A stretch of DNA of 64,000 nucleotides from a virus, in the IMG/VR virus record IMGVR_UViG_3300022934_000004; one strand, 5' to 3'. Numbering within the stretch: position 1 is the stretch's first letter; the number at the start of each line of letters is the position of its first letter. This document shows, piece by piece, positions 38,275-46,264 of this stretch. The notes beneath the pieces are model-generated. The model was not told the origin of the DNA, made no database searches, and saw only the letters and a program-made list of their open reading frames with translations. Made by a program: the position numbers and the translations under genes.

Positions 38275-38630
38275 TGTACAAAGGTTATCAAGAAAAATTG
38301 TTTAGTAACTCATGGGGTGTAAACTCTGGTTTCGAAACTCTTAGAGATCAACTTAACGAGTTGATTCCATTGTCTGGTGCTTGTGAAAATCCACGGACCA
38401 AGAACAAGGCACTTGACAAGTTCCGTAGAGCTCAAAATGCAGCTTACGATCTTTTTAACAATGGTCTTTGCAATAAGCGTGGTCTCTTCAACCAGATCTA
38501 TGGATTTGCTCCGACTCAGCGCTGCACTAACTATGCTAGTCGGTTACAGTGGGGTCACTGGGAAGACCGAGTCGAGGAGGTCCTGACTCCGATCATTATC
38601 GCTGCGGCTCGTGAACAGGGGATAAAGTAA
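38274..38630 (+). CDS. Early hypothetical protein
   Basis: GGAGG RBS; YDLFNNGLCN. Confidence 0.7.
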   Translation: MYKGYQEKLFSNSWGVNSGFETLRDQLNELIPLSGACENPRTKNKALDKFRRAQNAAYDLFNNGLCNKRGLFNQIYGFAPTQRCTNYASRLQWGHWEDRVEEVLTPIIIAAAREQGIK

Positions 38631-38851
38631 TGGAATGGGAAGGAGTAACTTATGATGACCGCCATGGAGGCCCTTTTGATCGCGGATCGGCTGATTCGTA
38701 TTATCGTCGTGGTCCTGATCCTCACTTTTATATTGGGTCAACTTATCAAAGTGATCGCGTAGATGAAGGTGAAATGAGTGTAGATGAAATTAAAGCATAT
38801 TATGCTGGCTACATGTATAATGAAAAAGAAGGTGATAAAAAGGAATATTAA
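38630..38851 (+). CDS. Early hypothetical protein
   Basis: HGGPFDRGSADSYY.R; EI.AY.AGY. Confidence 0.7.
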   Translation: MEWEGVTYDDRHGGPFDRGSADSYYRRGPDPHFYIGSTYQSDRVDEGEMSVDEIKAYYAGYMYNEKEGDKKEY

Positions 38852-39142
38852 ATGTATGATCTTCAAGATGAGATTGAAAAAGATTTCAATCAATGGGTGA
38901 AAGATAACAATTTGTTTGACATCCAAAAGCAAGCTCTACTAAATGCTTATGCCTATGAAAAAGGCTGGGCCCAATCCTCTGACTCTGGAATGGAAATTGT
39001 AGATGAGTTGGACAACTAAACTATATGAAAAAGCAGCAGCTTTTCATAGCATTTCCGTTGAAGAATTGCAAGAGCGATTAGTAAACGGAGAAGCACTCAT
39101 CCATAAATATTATGTAGGTATTTATGGAAAGGACTTTATCTA

Positions 39143-39382
39143 ATGTTTACTATTGAAACTGACATGGATGAAACTGCTATCACAATTATGGATGATACAG
39201 GAGAGCTTGAAGATGTTCAGGCTCTTTTGTACGATGACTATTGTCATATCAGACAATGGAATGAAAAGACTAAACTATTTGATGTAGTTACCTTAAAAGC
39301 TGAGATGTATTTAAAGCTAATGGAAGCTTGGAAGCTTGGTGATGGCACATATGTCTTAGAGAAAAAAAACGTAAGTGTTTGA
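39143..39382 (+). CDS. Early hypothetical protein
   Basis: TAATG coupling; preceded by two unlisted short ORFs (38852-39019, 39003-39143). Confidence 0.6.
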   Translation: MFTIETDMDETAITIMDDTGELEDVQALLYDDYCHIRQWNEKTKLFDVVTLKAEMYLKLMEAWKLGDGTYVLEKKNVSV

Positions 39383-39431
39383 TTTTAAACGAAACAAAAA
39401 GGTGTACAATCGGTTTAAACTATGGTAGATT
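39372..39431 (+). promoter_or_regulatory. Early promoter with IHF-consensus box (near-identical to 28957-29016)
   Basis: TAAGTGTTTGATT at 39372; TGTACA(39403)-17-TAGATT. Confidence 0.8.
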
Positions 39432-39456
39432 GGTTCTAGAAATTATGGAGGTCTAC

Positions 39457-39660
39457 ATGGATTTAATTACTACACTGACTATCAGCGAACGTTTAGCTAA
39501 CATTCAATTACAAGCCAACAATATGGCTTGGTCTAAGGAACGCTTGCTTCTTGAAATCGGTCAGCTTAAACTTGACCTTGAGGCGGAGGCTGAAAAAGCC
39601 GAAGCCGAATTTATCCGTGAAAATGCTGTCGAAATCTGCGCAGCAATCAACGCCGCTTAA
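39457..39660 (+). CDS. Early hypothetical protein
   Basis: GGAGG RBS, ATG 39457. Confidence 0.6.
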   Translation: MDLITTLTISERLANIQLQANNMAWSKERLLLEIGQLKLDLEAEAEKAEAEFIRENAVEICAAINAA

Positions 39661-39671
39661 GGAGATATATT

Positions 39672-39917
39672 ATGGAATATGCAACTACTCAATCAGAACG
39701 TCTTGCTTTGATCAAGAAAGTCGCTAACCGCCGCAAAAAACTTGCAGCGGTCAAATCTAAAACTCGCAAGATACGAGCTCCTAAAGTTGATCGTTCTTTT
39801 ATGGACATCCCTAAAGAGTCTAACATGTATCAGTGGACTGATGCATCTAAATACGCCAAAGAATATTATGGCGAAACCATGTATGAAACTACAAGGTTTG
39901 ACAATGACTGGGATTAA
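39672..39917 (+). CDS. Early hypothetical protein
   Basis: AAGGAG RBS. Confidence 0.6.
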   Translation: MEYATTQSERLALIKKVANRRKKLAAVKSKTRKIRAPKVDRSFMDIPKESNMYQWTDASKYAKEYYGETMYETTRFDNDWD

Positions 39918-40182
39918 TCCAGAAATTCGTAATAGGATTCGTCTTTCCGTTGCAGCTTATGCTTATGAAATGGAAGACAATCCTATTATGGGCGATCATG
40001 AGTTTGATGAATTATCCAAGACTATTAATCCTGCTGAAAAAACTGGCAATAGAAAAATGGATAATTTTTTCAGAAAACATTTTAATCCTGACACCGGTAT
40101 GTGGATCCGCCTTCATCCTGAAAGGCAAAAAATAAAATGGATTTATGATACATACTACAAAAATAATGGTGTACAATCTTAA
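39904..40182 (+). CDS. Stand-alone protein resembling NAD+-ligase subdomain Ia
   Basis: AAYAYEMEDNPIMGDHEFDEL resembles Y.YY..D.P.ISDAEYD.L. Confidence 0.55.
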   Translation: MTGINPEIRNRIRLSVAAYAYEMEDNPIMGDHEFDELSKTINPAEKTGNRKMDNFFRKHFNPDTGMWIRLHPERQKIKWIYDTYYKNNGVQS

Positions 40183-40198
40183 CGCACTGTGGTAGAAT
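40170..40198 (+). promoter_or_regulatory. T4-type early promoter
   Basis: GTGTACA-17-TAGAAT with TGTGG. Confidence 0.7.
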
Positions 40199-40199
40199 A

Positions 40200-40412
40200 A
40201 TGGTTATGAAAACTATACACTATGTAGGAATGGATTACGATACTTATCAGCGTGCTAGACGTGTATTCGGTGGTCCAGCCTATTACCACAGGTGGATGGA
40301 TGATCGTGTCTGGACTGAGGTTGCAGATAGCGACACTGTTGTAATTGGTGATCCAACTCATAGACAATATGTATGGGATGCCTCTGCCGTACCAAGAGAG
40401 TACACAGAATGA
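40200..40412 (+). CDS. Early hypothetical protein
   Basis: ORF directly after promoter. Confidence 0.6.
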   Translation: MVMKTIHYVGMDYDTYQRARRVFGGPAYYHRWMDDRVWTEVADSDTVVIGDPTHRQYVWDASAVPREYTE

Positions 40413-40501
40413 GGCATGATCTTCTTTGGCGATATGTCCACATTGGACTACTCGTTGCAATAGTAGTAATCCCTTTAGTTCTAATAGGAGTTATGTTATG
40501 A
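40409..40501 (+). CDS. 30-aa single-TM microprotein (not in ORF track)
   Basis: ATGA overlaps at both ends; MRHDLLWRYVHIGLLVAIVVIPLVLIGVML. Confidence 0.6.
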   Translation: MRHDLLWRYVHIGLLVAIVVIPLVLIGVML

Positions 40502-40686
40502 ATATTTTCCCTGCTAGTCTTATCAACACTCAAAATCATTGGATGGTTGGTACTGAATGGCCTTTTGCTAAAGGCACTGTTACTATGCATGACGAAGGCT
40601 TTAGTTGTACATGTCAAAAGAAACCACGTAAAGCATGTAGTCACATTAGAAATGTAAAGCTAAGAATATATGGAGTGTACCAATGA
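40498..40686 (+). CDS. SWIM-like zinc-finger small protein
   Basis: FSCTC.....CSHI; GGAG RBS. Confidence 0.6.
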   Translation: MNIFPASLINTQNHWMVGTEWPFAKGTVTMHDEGFSCTCQKKPRKACSHIRNVKLRIYGVYQ

Positions 40687-41027
40687 GTATGCATATGATT
40701 CGTGGTGTGCAAGTCCACGGTAAATCAAAAATTAAACGTAAACCTGGTTGGAAAAAAGCTCAACAAGAGCATGAAGAATTTCTAAAGAAAATGGGTGTGA
40801 CTGGCAAAAAATCTAATTATCGAGCTCCTATGCCTGATTATAGTTCAAATCGTCAGTCACTTCCAACTTCAGATGTTATATGCGGCAACGGCACAAAACG
40901 TGACGCTCAAAAATATACAGGTGATGAGATTGCTGGTATTGTTGTTACACACAAATCTAATCTTATGCCTGTTCGTAAAGACAATAAAAAAGCATTTGTT
41001 GATGCTGCTCAAATGCGGAGAAATTAA
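40683..41027 (+). CDS. Conserved phage hypothetical
   Basis: YTG..IAGI...HKSNL.PV. Confidence 0.7.
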   Translation: MSMHMIRGVQVHGKSKIKRKPGWKKAQQEHEEFLKKMGVTGKKSNYRAPMPDYSSNRQSLPTSDVICGNGTKRDAQKYTGDEIAGIVVTHKSNLMPVRKDNKKAFVDAAQMRRN

Positions 41028-41785
41028 TGATAGATTGGAATATATTTCACGATAGAGGATATGTTATTTCTGACAAATTATTTAACGAAGAGGACATTAC
41101 ATCTCTTAATGAAATGGCTAGTAAATTAGACCCTTCTATTGGTCAATCAAAACAAGGATGGTATAATTACTTACGTTTGCATGAAGAACGTGACAACGGA
41201 GTTGATATATTAAATGATATTGAATGGTCATATTTTTGGTCTCATACACCTTTAGATAATCCAATTATCAATGAAAAAATTTTACCAGTGCTATCTGAGA
41301 TCTGTGATCTAGCTTTTGATGGATGGGATTGGGGATGGCAAGATACAAATCGATATATTGTTCAAAATTATCCTCATGATGAGTCTCAAGCAGGAGTTCA
41401 TCCTCATTTTGATGCTCCATACATTTGGCCTCAAATGCCAGAAAAACAAATGGCAAAAGAATTACAAGAAGGAATCTTAAGTGTCACCTTTATTGTTCCA
41501 TTAATGAACTTTACTGTGGAAACTGGTGCTACAGGTGTAGTGCCAGGGACTCATAAATTTATTTGGGATACCGCTAAATGGAATGATGCTAAAGATTATA
41601 CCACACAATTTTTTAAAGATAACTATGTACAACCAGAAGTAGAAATAGGTAGAGTTGCGTGTTTTTATGGAAATATTTTACATAGTGTTATGCCAAACCA
41701 ATCTGATATGATTAGGCGTGGAATAATTTATCGAGGCATAAGACAAGATGCACTTGATGAAATGAAAAAGTATGAATTAGGATAA
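41027..41785 (+). CDS. Phytanoyl-CoA dioxygenase-like 2OG-Fe(II) oxygenase
   Basis: HPHFD; GATGVVPGTH; LHSVMPN..RR. Confidence 0.8.
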   Translation: MIDWNIFHDRGYVISDKLFNEEDITSLNEMASKLDPSIGQSKQGWYNYLRLHEERDNGVDILNDIEWSYFWSHTPLDNPIINEKILPVLSEICDLAFDGWDWGWQDTNRYIVQNYPHDESQAGVHPHFDAPYIWPQMPEKQMAKELQEGILSVTFIVPLMNFTVETGATGVVPGTHKFIWDTAKWNDAKDYTTQFFKDNYVQPEVEIGRVACFYGNILHSVMPNQSDMIRRGIIYRGIRQDALDEMKKYELG

Positions 41786-41795
41786 GGAGATACGA

Positions 41796-42056
41796 ATGTA
41801 TAAAGAAGATATTGTAGCACATCTTGTACGTAAAACTGCTACCATCACTTTTGATAAAAAAGATGGCACTGAACGAGTTATGAAGTGCACTCTAATGAAA
41901 AGCCTGTTGCCTGAACAAATGGACATTGAGGAAAAAATGGACGGCGATCGTGTAGCCGGTAATCCAAATGTACTAGCAGTATGGGATCTTGAAAAAAACG
42001 ATTGGCGTAGTTTTAGAATTGATAGTGTCAAAGAAATGGTTTTTCACGACGTATAA
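41796..42056 (+). CDS. Sm-like/SH3 beta-barrel (WYL_2-like) protein
   Basis: TF.KKDG.ER.M.CTL; VWDLEK..WRSFR. Confidence 0.75.
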   Translation: MYKEDIVAHLVRKTATITFDKKDGTERVMKCTLMKSLLPEQMDIEEKMDGDRVAGNPNVLAVWDLEKNDWRSFRIDSVKEMVFHDV

Positions 42057-42059
42057 ATA
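42052..42059 (+). promoter_or_regulatory. T4-type late promoter
   Basis: TATAAATA. Confidence 0.6.
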
Positions 42060-42083
42060 GTGGTATTATTACCGGAGAAAAGC

Positions 42084-42428
42084 ATGGAAAATGAATTCGA
42101 TTCAAACGGATATGGAATTTTAATTCGTACTGAAGATTCAGACGATCTTATTGCTTTGCGTGATGCTAGACCTCCTGGTCAAGAGGTATTTAATCCTGCA
42201 GTTACTGCAATTAAAGATATGTTTTGGCGTAAATTTGGAAAAATTTGGATAGATGATAATCCTCATCCTTTTTATGTTACAGTAGATGATGGTATACCAA
42301 CGCCAGATGGCAAAGATATAGTAGAATATTTTAATAGTGACACTATTACTCTATGGGAATATAGACAAAATAAATGGATGACTTTCCATATAACACAAGT
42401 CGCTCAAACAAAAACAGGTAGTAAATAA
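42084..42428 (+). CDS. Hypothetical; C-terminus resembles preceding SH3-like protein
   Basis: LWEYRQNKWMTFHI; GGAG RBS. Confidence 0.55.
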   Translation: MENEFDSNGYGILIRTEDSDDLIALRDARPPGQEVFNPAVTAIKDMFWRKFGKIWIDDNPHPFYVTVDDGIPTPDGKDIVEYFNSDTITLWEYRQNKWMTFHITQVAQTKTGSK

Positions 42429-42604
42429 TGGATATAGCAATACCTTTTTTCATTTGGATTACAATGCTAATATGTTGGCTTATTGGCCGGCGGTCAAGTC
42501 AAAACGAAATAATTGAAACAACTATTAATGTTTTAATTTCTAAAGGATACTTGAAGGCAAGCATTGATGAAGATGGTGAAATAATTTTAGAAAAATTGAA
42601 ATAA
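42428..42604 (+). CDS. Small membrane-anchored protein (not in ORF track)
   Basis: N-terminal TM; LISKGYL...DEDGE. Confidence 0.55.
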   Translation: MDIAIPFFIWITMLICWLIGRRSSQNEIIETTINVLISKGYLKASIDEDGEIILEKLK

Positions 42605-42608
42605 ATGG

Positions 42609-42637
42609 TTTACTTTTCATTTAAACTGTGGTAGAAT
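42609..42637 (+). promoter_or_regulatory. T4-type early promoter
   Basis: GTTTACT-17-TAGAAT with TGTGG. Confidence 0.75.
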
Positions 42638-42665
42638 ATACTATATGTAATGATGGAGGAAGCCA

Positions 42666-43139
42666 ATGGCTATTCGTAAAAAGCGTAAACCTATGTCACC
42701 TGAACAACGCGCCGCGGCTGGTGAAAGATTAAGAAAAGCCCGCGAAAAACGTATGAAGGAGAATCCACCTAAGTATAAAAACATTCATCCTAGCGTCCTT
42801 GCACGTTCTGAGGAGGATCCATTTTATTTCCGTAAAATTCAAGAGTGGATTAAAATCCAAAAAGAAGAACTAGCTATTGCTCGTAGCATGCTTCGTAGAA
42901 AAGAAAAAGGAGCAGAGGCTAAAGTAGCTAGCCATCAAGCTTATATTCGTAATCTTGAAACATATCTAAGAACTGGTACTTACCAAGATATGTTTTATGG
43001 AGAAAGACAGCAAAATAAGATTAGGTACGTCTGTCACACTCCAGCGTTTCACCCGGATGGAACACAAAAATTTTCATATGGTGTCTTCTATCCTAGTCTA
43101 GGAGTTACCTATACAGGCCTAGAGGAAGAGAATGCTTGA
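42666..43139 (+). CDS. Conserved basic hypothetical upstream of gp33
   Basis: MSPEQRAAAGERL..AR; YIRNL..YLRTG. Confidence 0.7.
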   Translation: MAIRKKRKPMSPEQRAAAGERLRKAREKRMKENPPKYKNIHPSVLARSEEDPFYFRKIQEWIKIQKEELAIARSMLRRKEKGAEAKVASHQAYIRNLETYLRTGTYQDMFYGERQQNKIRYVCHTPAFHPDGTQKFSYGVFYPSLGVTYTGLEEENA

Positions 43140-43362
43140 AGCAGAATTTATGAATAAATCAAAATTTAGTAAAATAGTAGAAAAGCAGGTTATGGATAAA
43201 AAACTCGACTACATTGAAGCTGTAGTCGAGGCCTGCAAAGCCACAAACATCGATCCAGAAGATGTAAAGAAATTCATCTCTCCTGTTATTAAGGAGAAGA
43301 TTGAAGCAGAGGCAATGCGATTAAATTATTTGCCTCGTCAAAATACTTTGTTTTTTGAATAA
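43132..43362 (+). CDS. 33: Late transcription coactivator gp33
   Basis: FSK.VE; YIEAV..C; KEKIEAEA..LNYL; synteny with gp32. Confidence 0.88.
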   Translation: MLEAEFMNKSKFSKIVEKQVMDKKLDYIEAVVEACKATNIDPEDVKKFISPVIKEKIEAEAMRLNYLPRQNTLFFE

Positions 43363-43369
43363 ATAATCA

Positions 43370-43398
43370 TGTACATTTCAGAAAATATAGTGTATAAT
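43370..43398 (+). promoter_or_regulatory. Early-type promoter for gene 32
   Basis: TGTACA-17-TATAAT. Confidence 0.7.
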
Positions 43399-43435
43399 AT
43401 TTCAGTAACATTTCAGACATACGGAGAATACAATC

Positions 43436-44353
43436 ATGTCTTTTGCAAACCTTAAACGTAATAAAAATAAAATTGACCAGTTGGTAGCAGCAGCGGAAGC
43501 AACTGGTGGTGGAAGTTCAAATAATAAGTATGAAGATACTCGTTTTTGGAAACCCACAGTAGATAAAGCCAACAATGGCTACGCTGTAATCCGATTCTTA
43601 CCAGCAGCTGAAGGTAATGACTTGCCGTGGAATCGCTATTGGGACCACGGGTTTAAGGGCCCAACAGGTCGTTGGTATATCGAAAAATCACTTACCTCTA
43701 TTGGCCAAAATGATCCAGTCGGTGAACTAAACTCTCGCCTTTGGAATTCTGGTATTGAGGCTGACAAACAAAAAGCCCGTAATCAAAAACGTCGGCTTCA
43801 TTACGTATCAAACGTAATGGTTGTTAGTGATCCAGCAAATCCAGATAATGAAGGTAAAGTATTCCTTTATCAATATGGTAAAAAAATCTTTGATAAACTA
43901 ATGGATGCTATGCAACCTGAGTTTGCTGATGAAGAACCAGTTAACCCATTCGATTTTTGGAATGGAGCGAACTTTAAGCTTAAAATTCGTGATGTTGAAG
44001 GTTATCGTAACTATGATAAGTCTGAGTTCTCTGCCCCTAGCGCATTAAATGACGATGATGCAGAGCTTGAAAAGATTTATAATGGACTCTATGACTTACG
44101 TGAATTTACTGATGCAAGTCAGTATAAATCTTATGACGAGCTTAAAGCAAAGTTGATGAGTGTTCTTGGTGAAGAAGCAAATGCTGGCGCACCTAAGATT
44201 GATGATGAAATTAAACTAGGCAATGAAACTCCTGCACCTAGCATGAAAGAATCTGCTCCATCAACTATTGAGGAGACCATCTCATCTAATGATGATGAGG
44301 ATGATCTCATGGCTCATTTTTCTCAGCTTCTGGATGACGACGAAGCTGCTTAA
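43436..44353 (+). CDS. 32: Single-stranded DNA-binding protein gp32
   Basis: RFWKP..DK..NGYAVIRFLP; HGFKGP; GKKIFDK; NPFDFW.GANFKLK; acidic tail. Confidence 0.96.
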   Translation: MSFANLKRNKNKIDQLVAAAEATGGGSSNNKYEDTRFWKPTVDKANNGYAVIRFLPAAEGNDLPWNRYWDHGFKGPTGRWYIEKSLTSIGQNDPVGELNSRLWNSGIEADKQKARNQKRRLHYVSNVMVVSDPANPDNEGKVFLYQYGKKIFDKLMDAMQPEFADEEPVNPFDFWNGANFKLKIRDVEGYRNYDKSEFSAPSALNDDDAELEKIYNGLYDLREFTDASQYKSYDELKAKLMSVLGEEANAGAPKIDDEIKLGNETPAPSMKESAPSTIEETISSNDDEDDLMAHFSQLLDDDEAA

Positions 44354-45993
44354 AATGGAATTGATGCCTCGGTGGTGTTTGGCATCGCCGGGGTATTCAT
44401 TACTGTAGTGTCATTATTGTTAGTAACTCTAGCATCATTTACAGCATTAACAACTTGATTTTGGAATTGGTTTCCTAATTGAGTAAGTCTATCTCTTTGT
44501 GCTTGCATCATGTCCGCTAATTCATTATTTCTTCTAGTAATGTTAGCGTCTCTTGATGCATTTCTTCTATTAATACTTGCTTGAGCTGAAGCTCTAGTCG
44601 AAGCATCACCAACACCAGCAGTAAATCCTTCAGTAATTACTATTTCTTTATTAAACGGCCAAGGTAGCGTAACAGCAAGTCTTGGCATAGTAAACTGTAA
44701 ATTCTCTGATAGCATAAGGTAAAGCTCATCTCCAAGATTAGCAACAAATGTTGTTAATCTTTCAAATGCATTTTTAACACCAGTAACAATCTTGGTGATT
44801 TGTATTTCAAAGTCAGCTACGATAATATCTTTCATTAATATAAAATTATCAGCAACAAAACGAACCACACCTTTTATTCCAGCCCATAATGGATCAACTA
44901 AATCAGTAAAGCTGAATCCACGTAAGACTTCAGCCATGTTATCCATTCCAAATTTATCAAGCAACCAAGCTGGAACAGTAAAGAATAATAGGTCAAATGC
45001 TTCGGTGATGCCTTTTATGACACCAAGCACACCACCTTCAACTCCTGCTAATAATTTTTCACCAAATGTAGCACCTTCTTCTTCACCAGTAAATCCTTTA
45101 TAAAATCCTTGTACAAAATCAATTACAGTTAATACAATTTGAGTAAATGGCCTTAGAGCAGTTTTCATAATAAACTCTAAAGGTTTTAAAGCTGGCTTTA
45201 AAATATTGAATATAGATCCAATAACACCAAGTATGCCTTTGCCAGCAACGCCAGTGCCGCCATCTGGAAAATTACCAATAATGCCCATAACACCTTCTGT
45301 AAAGGTTTGTATACTCTGCATTTTTGGAAATTCTACAGTAATCTTTGGTAGTTTTGGCATGTCAATATCTTGAACAGCACCAATAATTTTACCACTTATA
45401 GCATCTTTATATTGTATGGCTGGTAATTTTATTTTATAATCTATAAAATTCTTTGCAGCATCAACTACTTTACCAGCACCGTCCATAAATCGTAGTGCTG
45501 GTAATTTTATTTTATAGTCTATGAAATCAGTAATAGCATCACCTGCTGCAGTTAGAAATCTTAACTTAGGAATTTCCGGCATTTCGATTCTTACTCTTGG
45601 CAAAGCATCAAATATATTTTTAAATCCTTTTAAAAAGCTTTTAATGTTTGTTACTACATCAGGTAGTTTAAGAGCTTTTAGTGCTGCATCTAATCCAGCT
45701 AATGATGCCAATCCTCCTAAAGCTAAAGGTCCTAACAAACCTTTTAACATACCAGGAAGACCTCCTAGCATTCCACCACCGCCGCTGCTTGAGCTTCTAG
45801 AATTATTATTATTAAAGTTAACTTTACTCTGCTTTTGAGCTTCCCTCATCATTTCTAGTTCTTTTAATCGTTGCCGATCTTCTAACTGAAATCTTTTTGC
45901 AAATAAATCATACAACTGATCAATCACGGTTTCCGTGTTTTGTTGGCTAACTCTAGTTGCCATAATTTCTTTAGTTAAGGATTCTAAGCTCAT
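44350..45993 (-). CDS. Tape measure / gp29-like protein
   Basis: Helical amphipathic G/A/L-rich 547 aa; downstream of gp26/gp51. Confidence 0.65.
   Translation of the reverse strand: MSLESLTKEIMATRVSQQNTETVIDQLYDLFAKRFQLEDRQRLKELEMMREAQKQSKVNFNNNNSRSSSSGGGGMLGGLPGMLKGLLGPLALGGLASLAGLDAALKALKLPDVVTNIKSFLKGFKNIFDALPRVRIEMPEIPKLRFLTAAGDAITDFIDYKIKLPALRFMDGAGKVVDAAKNFIDYKIKLPAIQYKDAISGKIIGAVQDIDMPKLPKITVEFPKMQSIQTFTEGVMGIIGNFPDGGTGVAGKGILGVIGSIFNILKPALKPLEFIMKTALRPFTQIVLTVIDFVQGFYKGFTGEEEGATFGEKLLAGVEGGVLGVIKGITEAFDLLFFTVPAWLLDKFGMDNMAEVLRGFSFTDLVDPLWAGIKGVVRFVADNFILMKDIIVADFEIQITKIVTGVKNAFERLTTFVANLGDELYLMLSENLQFTMPRLAVTLPWPFNKEIVITEGFTAGVGDASTRASAQASINRRNASRDANITRRNNELADMMQAQRDRLTQLGNQFQNQVVNAVNDARVTNNNDTTVMNTPAMPNTTEASIPF
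44364..44396. terminator. Hairpin at convergence of gene 32 and tail operon
   Basis: ATGCCTCGGTGGTG-TTTGG-CATCGCCGGGGTAT. Confidence 0.6.
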
Positions 45994-46073
45994 GGTCGTT
46001 TACTTTTCTACTACTACTCGTACGGTTTCACCGTTTGGTAATTGAACTTCTTTTGTTTCTTGGCTCATGGTCG

Positions 46074-46244
46074 TTATCTTCTACGCTGTTGCTGTTGTTT
46101 TTGTCTTTCTTCTTCATCTCTCAAATGTTCTATTAACATAGTTAAATATACTTCTCTCTCCCACGGCATCATCATTTCTATTTCTGACAAACTATAGTTA
46201 TGGTGTTGCATTAATTGGAAATTAATCTTATAATAATTCACCAT
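46074..46244 (-). CDS. 51: Baseplate hub assembly protein gp51 (not in ORF track)
   Basis: NYYKINFQLMQHHNYSLSEIEMMMPWEREVY. Confidence 0.85.
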   Translation of the reverse strand: MVNYYKINFQLMQHHNYSLSEIEMMMPWEREVYLTMLIEHLRDEEERQKQQQQRRR

Positions 46245-46264
46245 CCTATCGTGAGAGAGGCATA

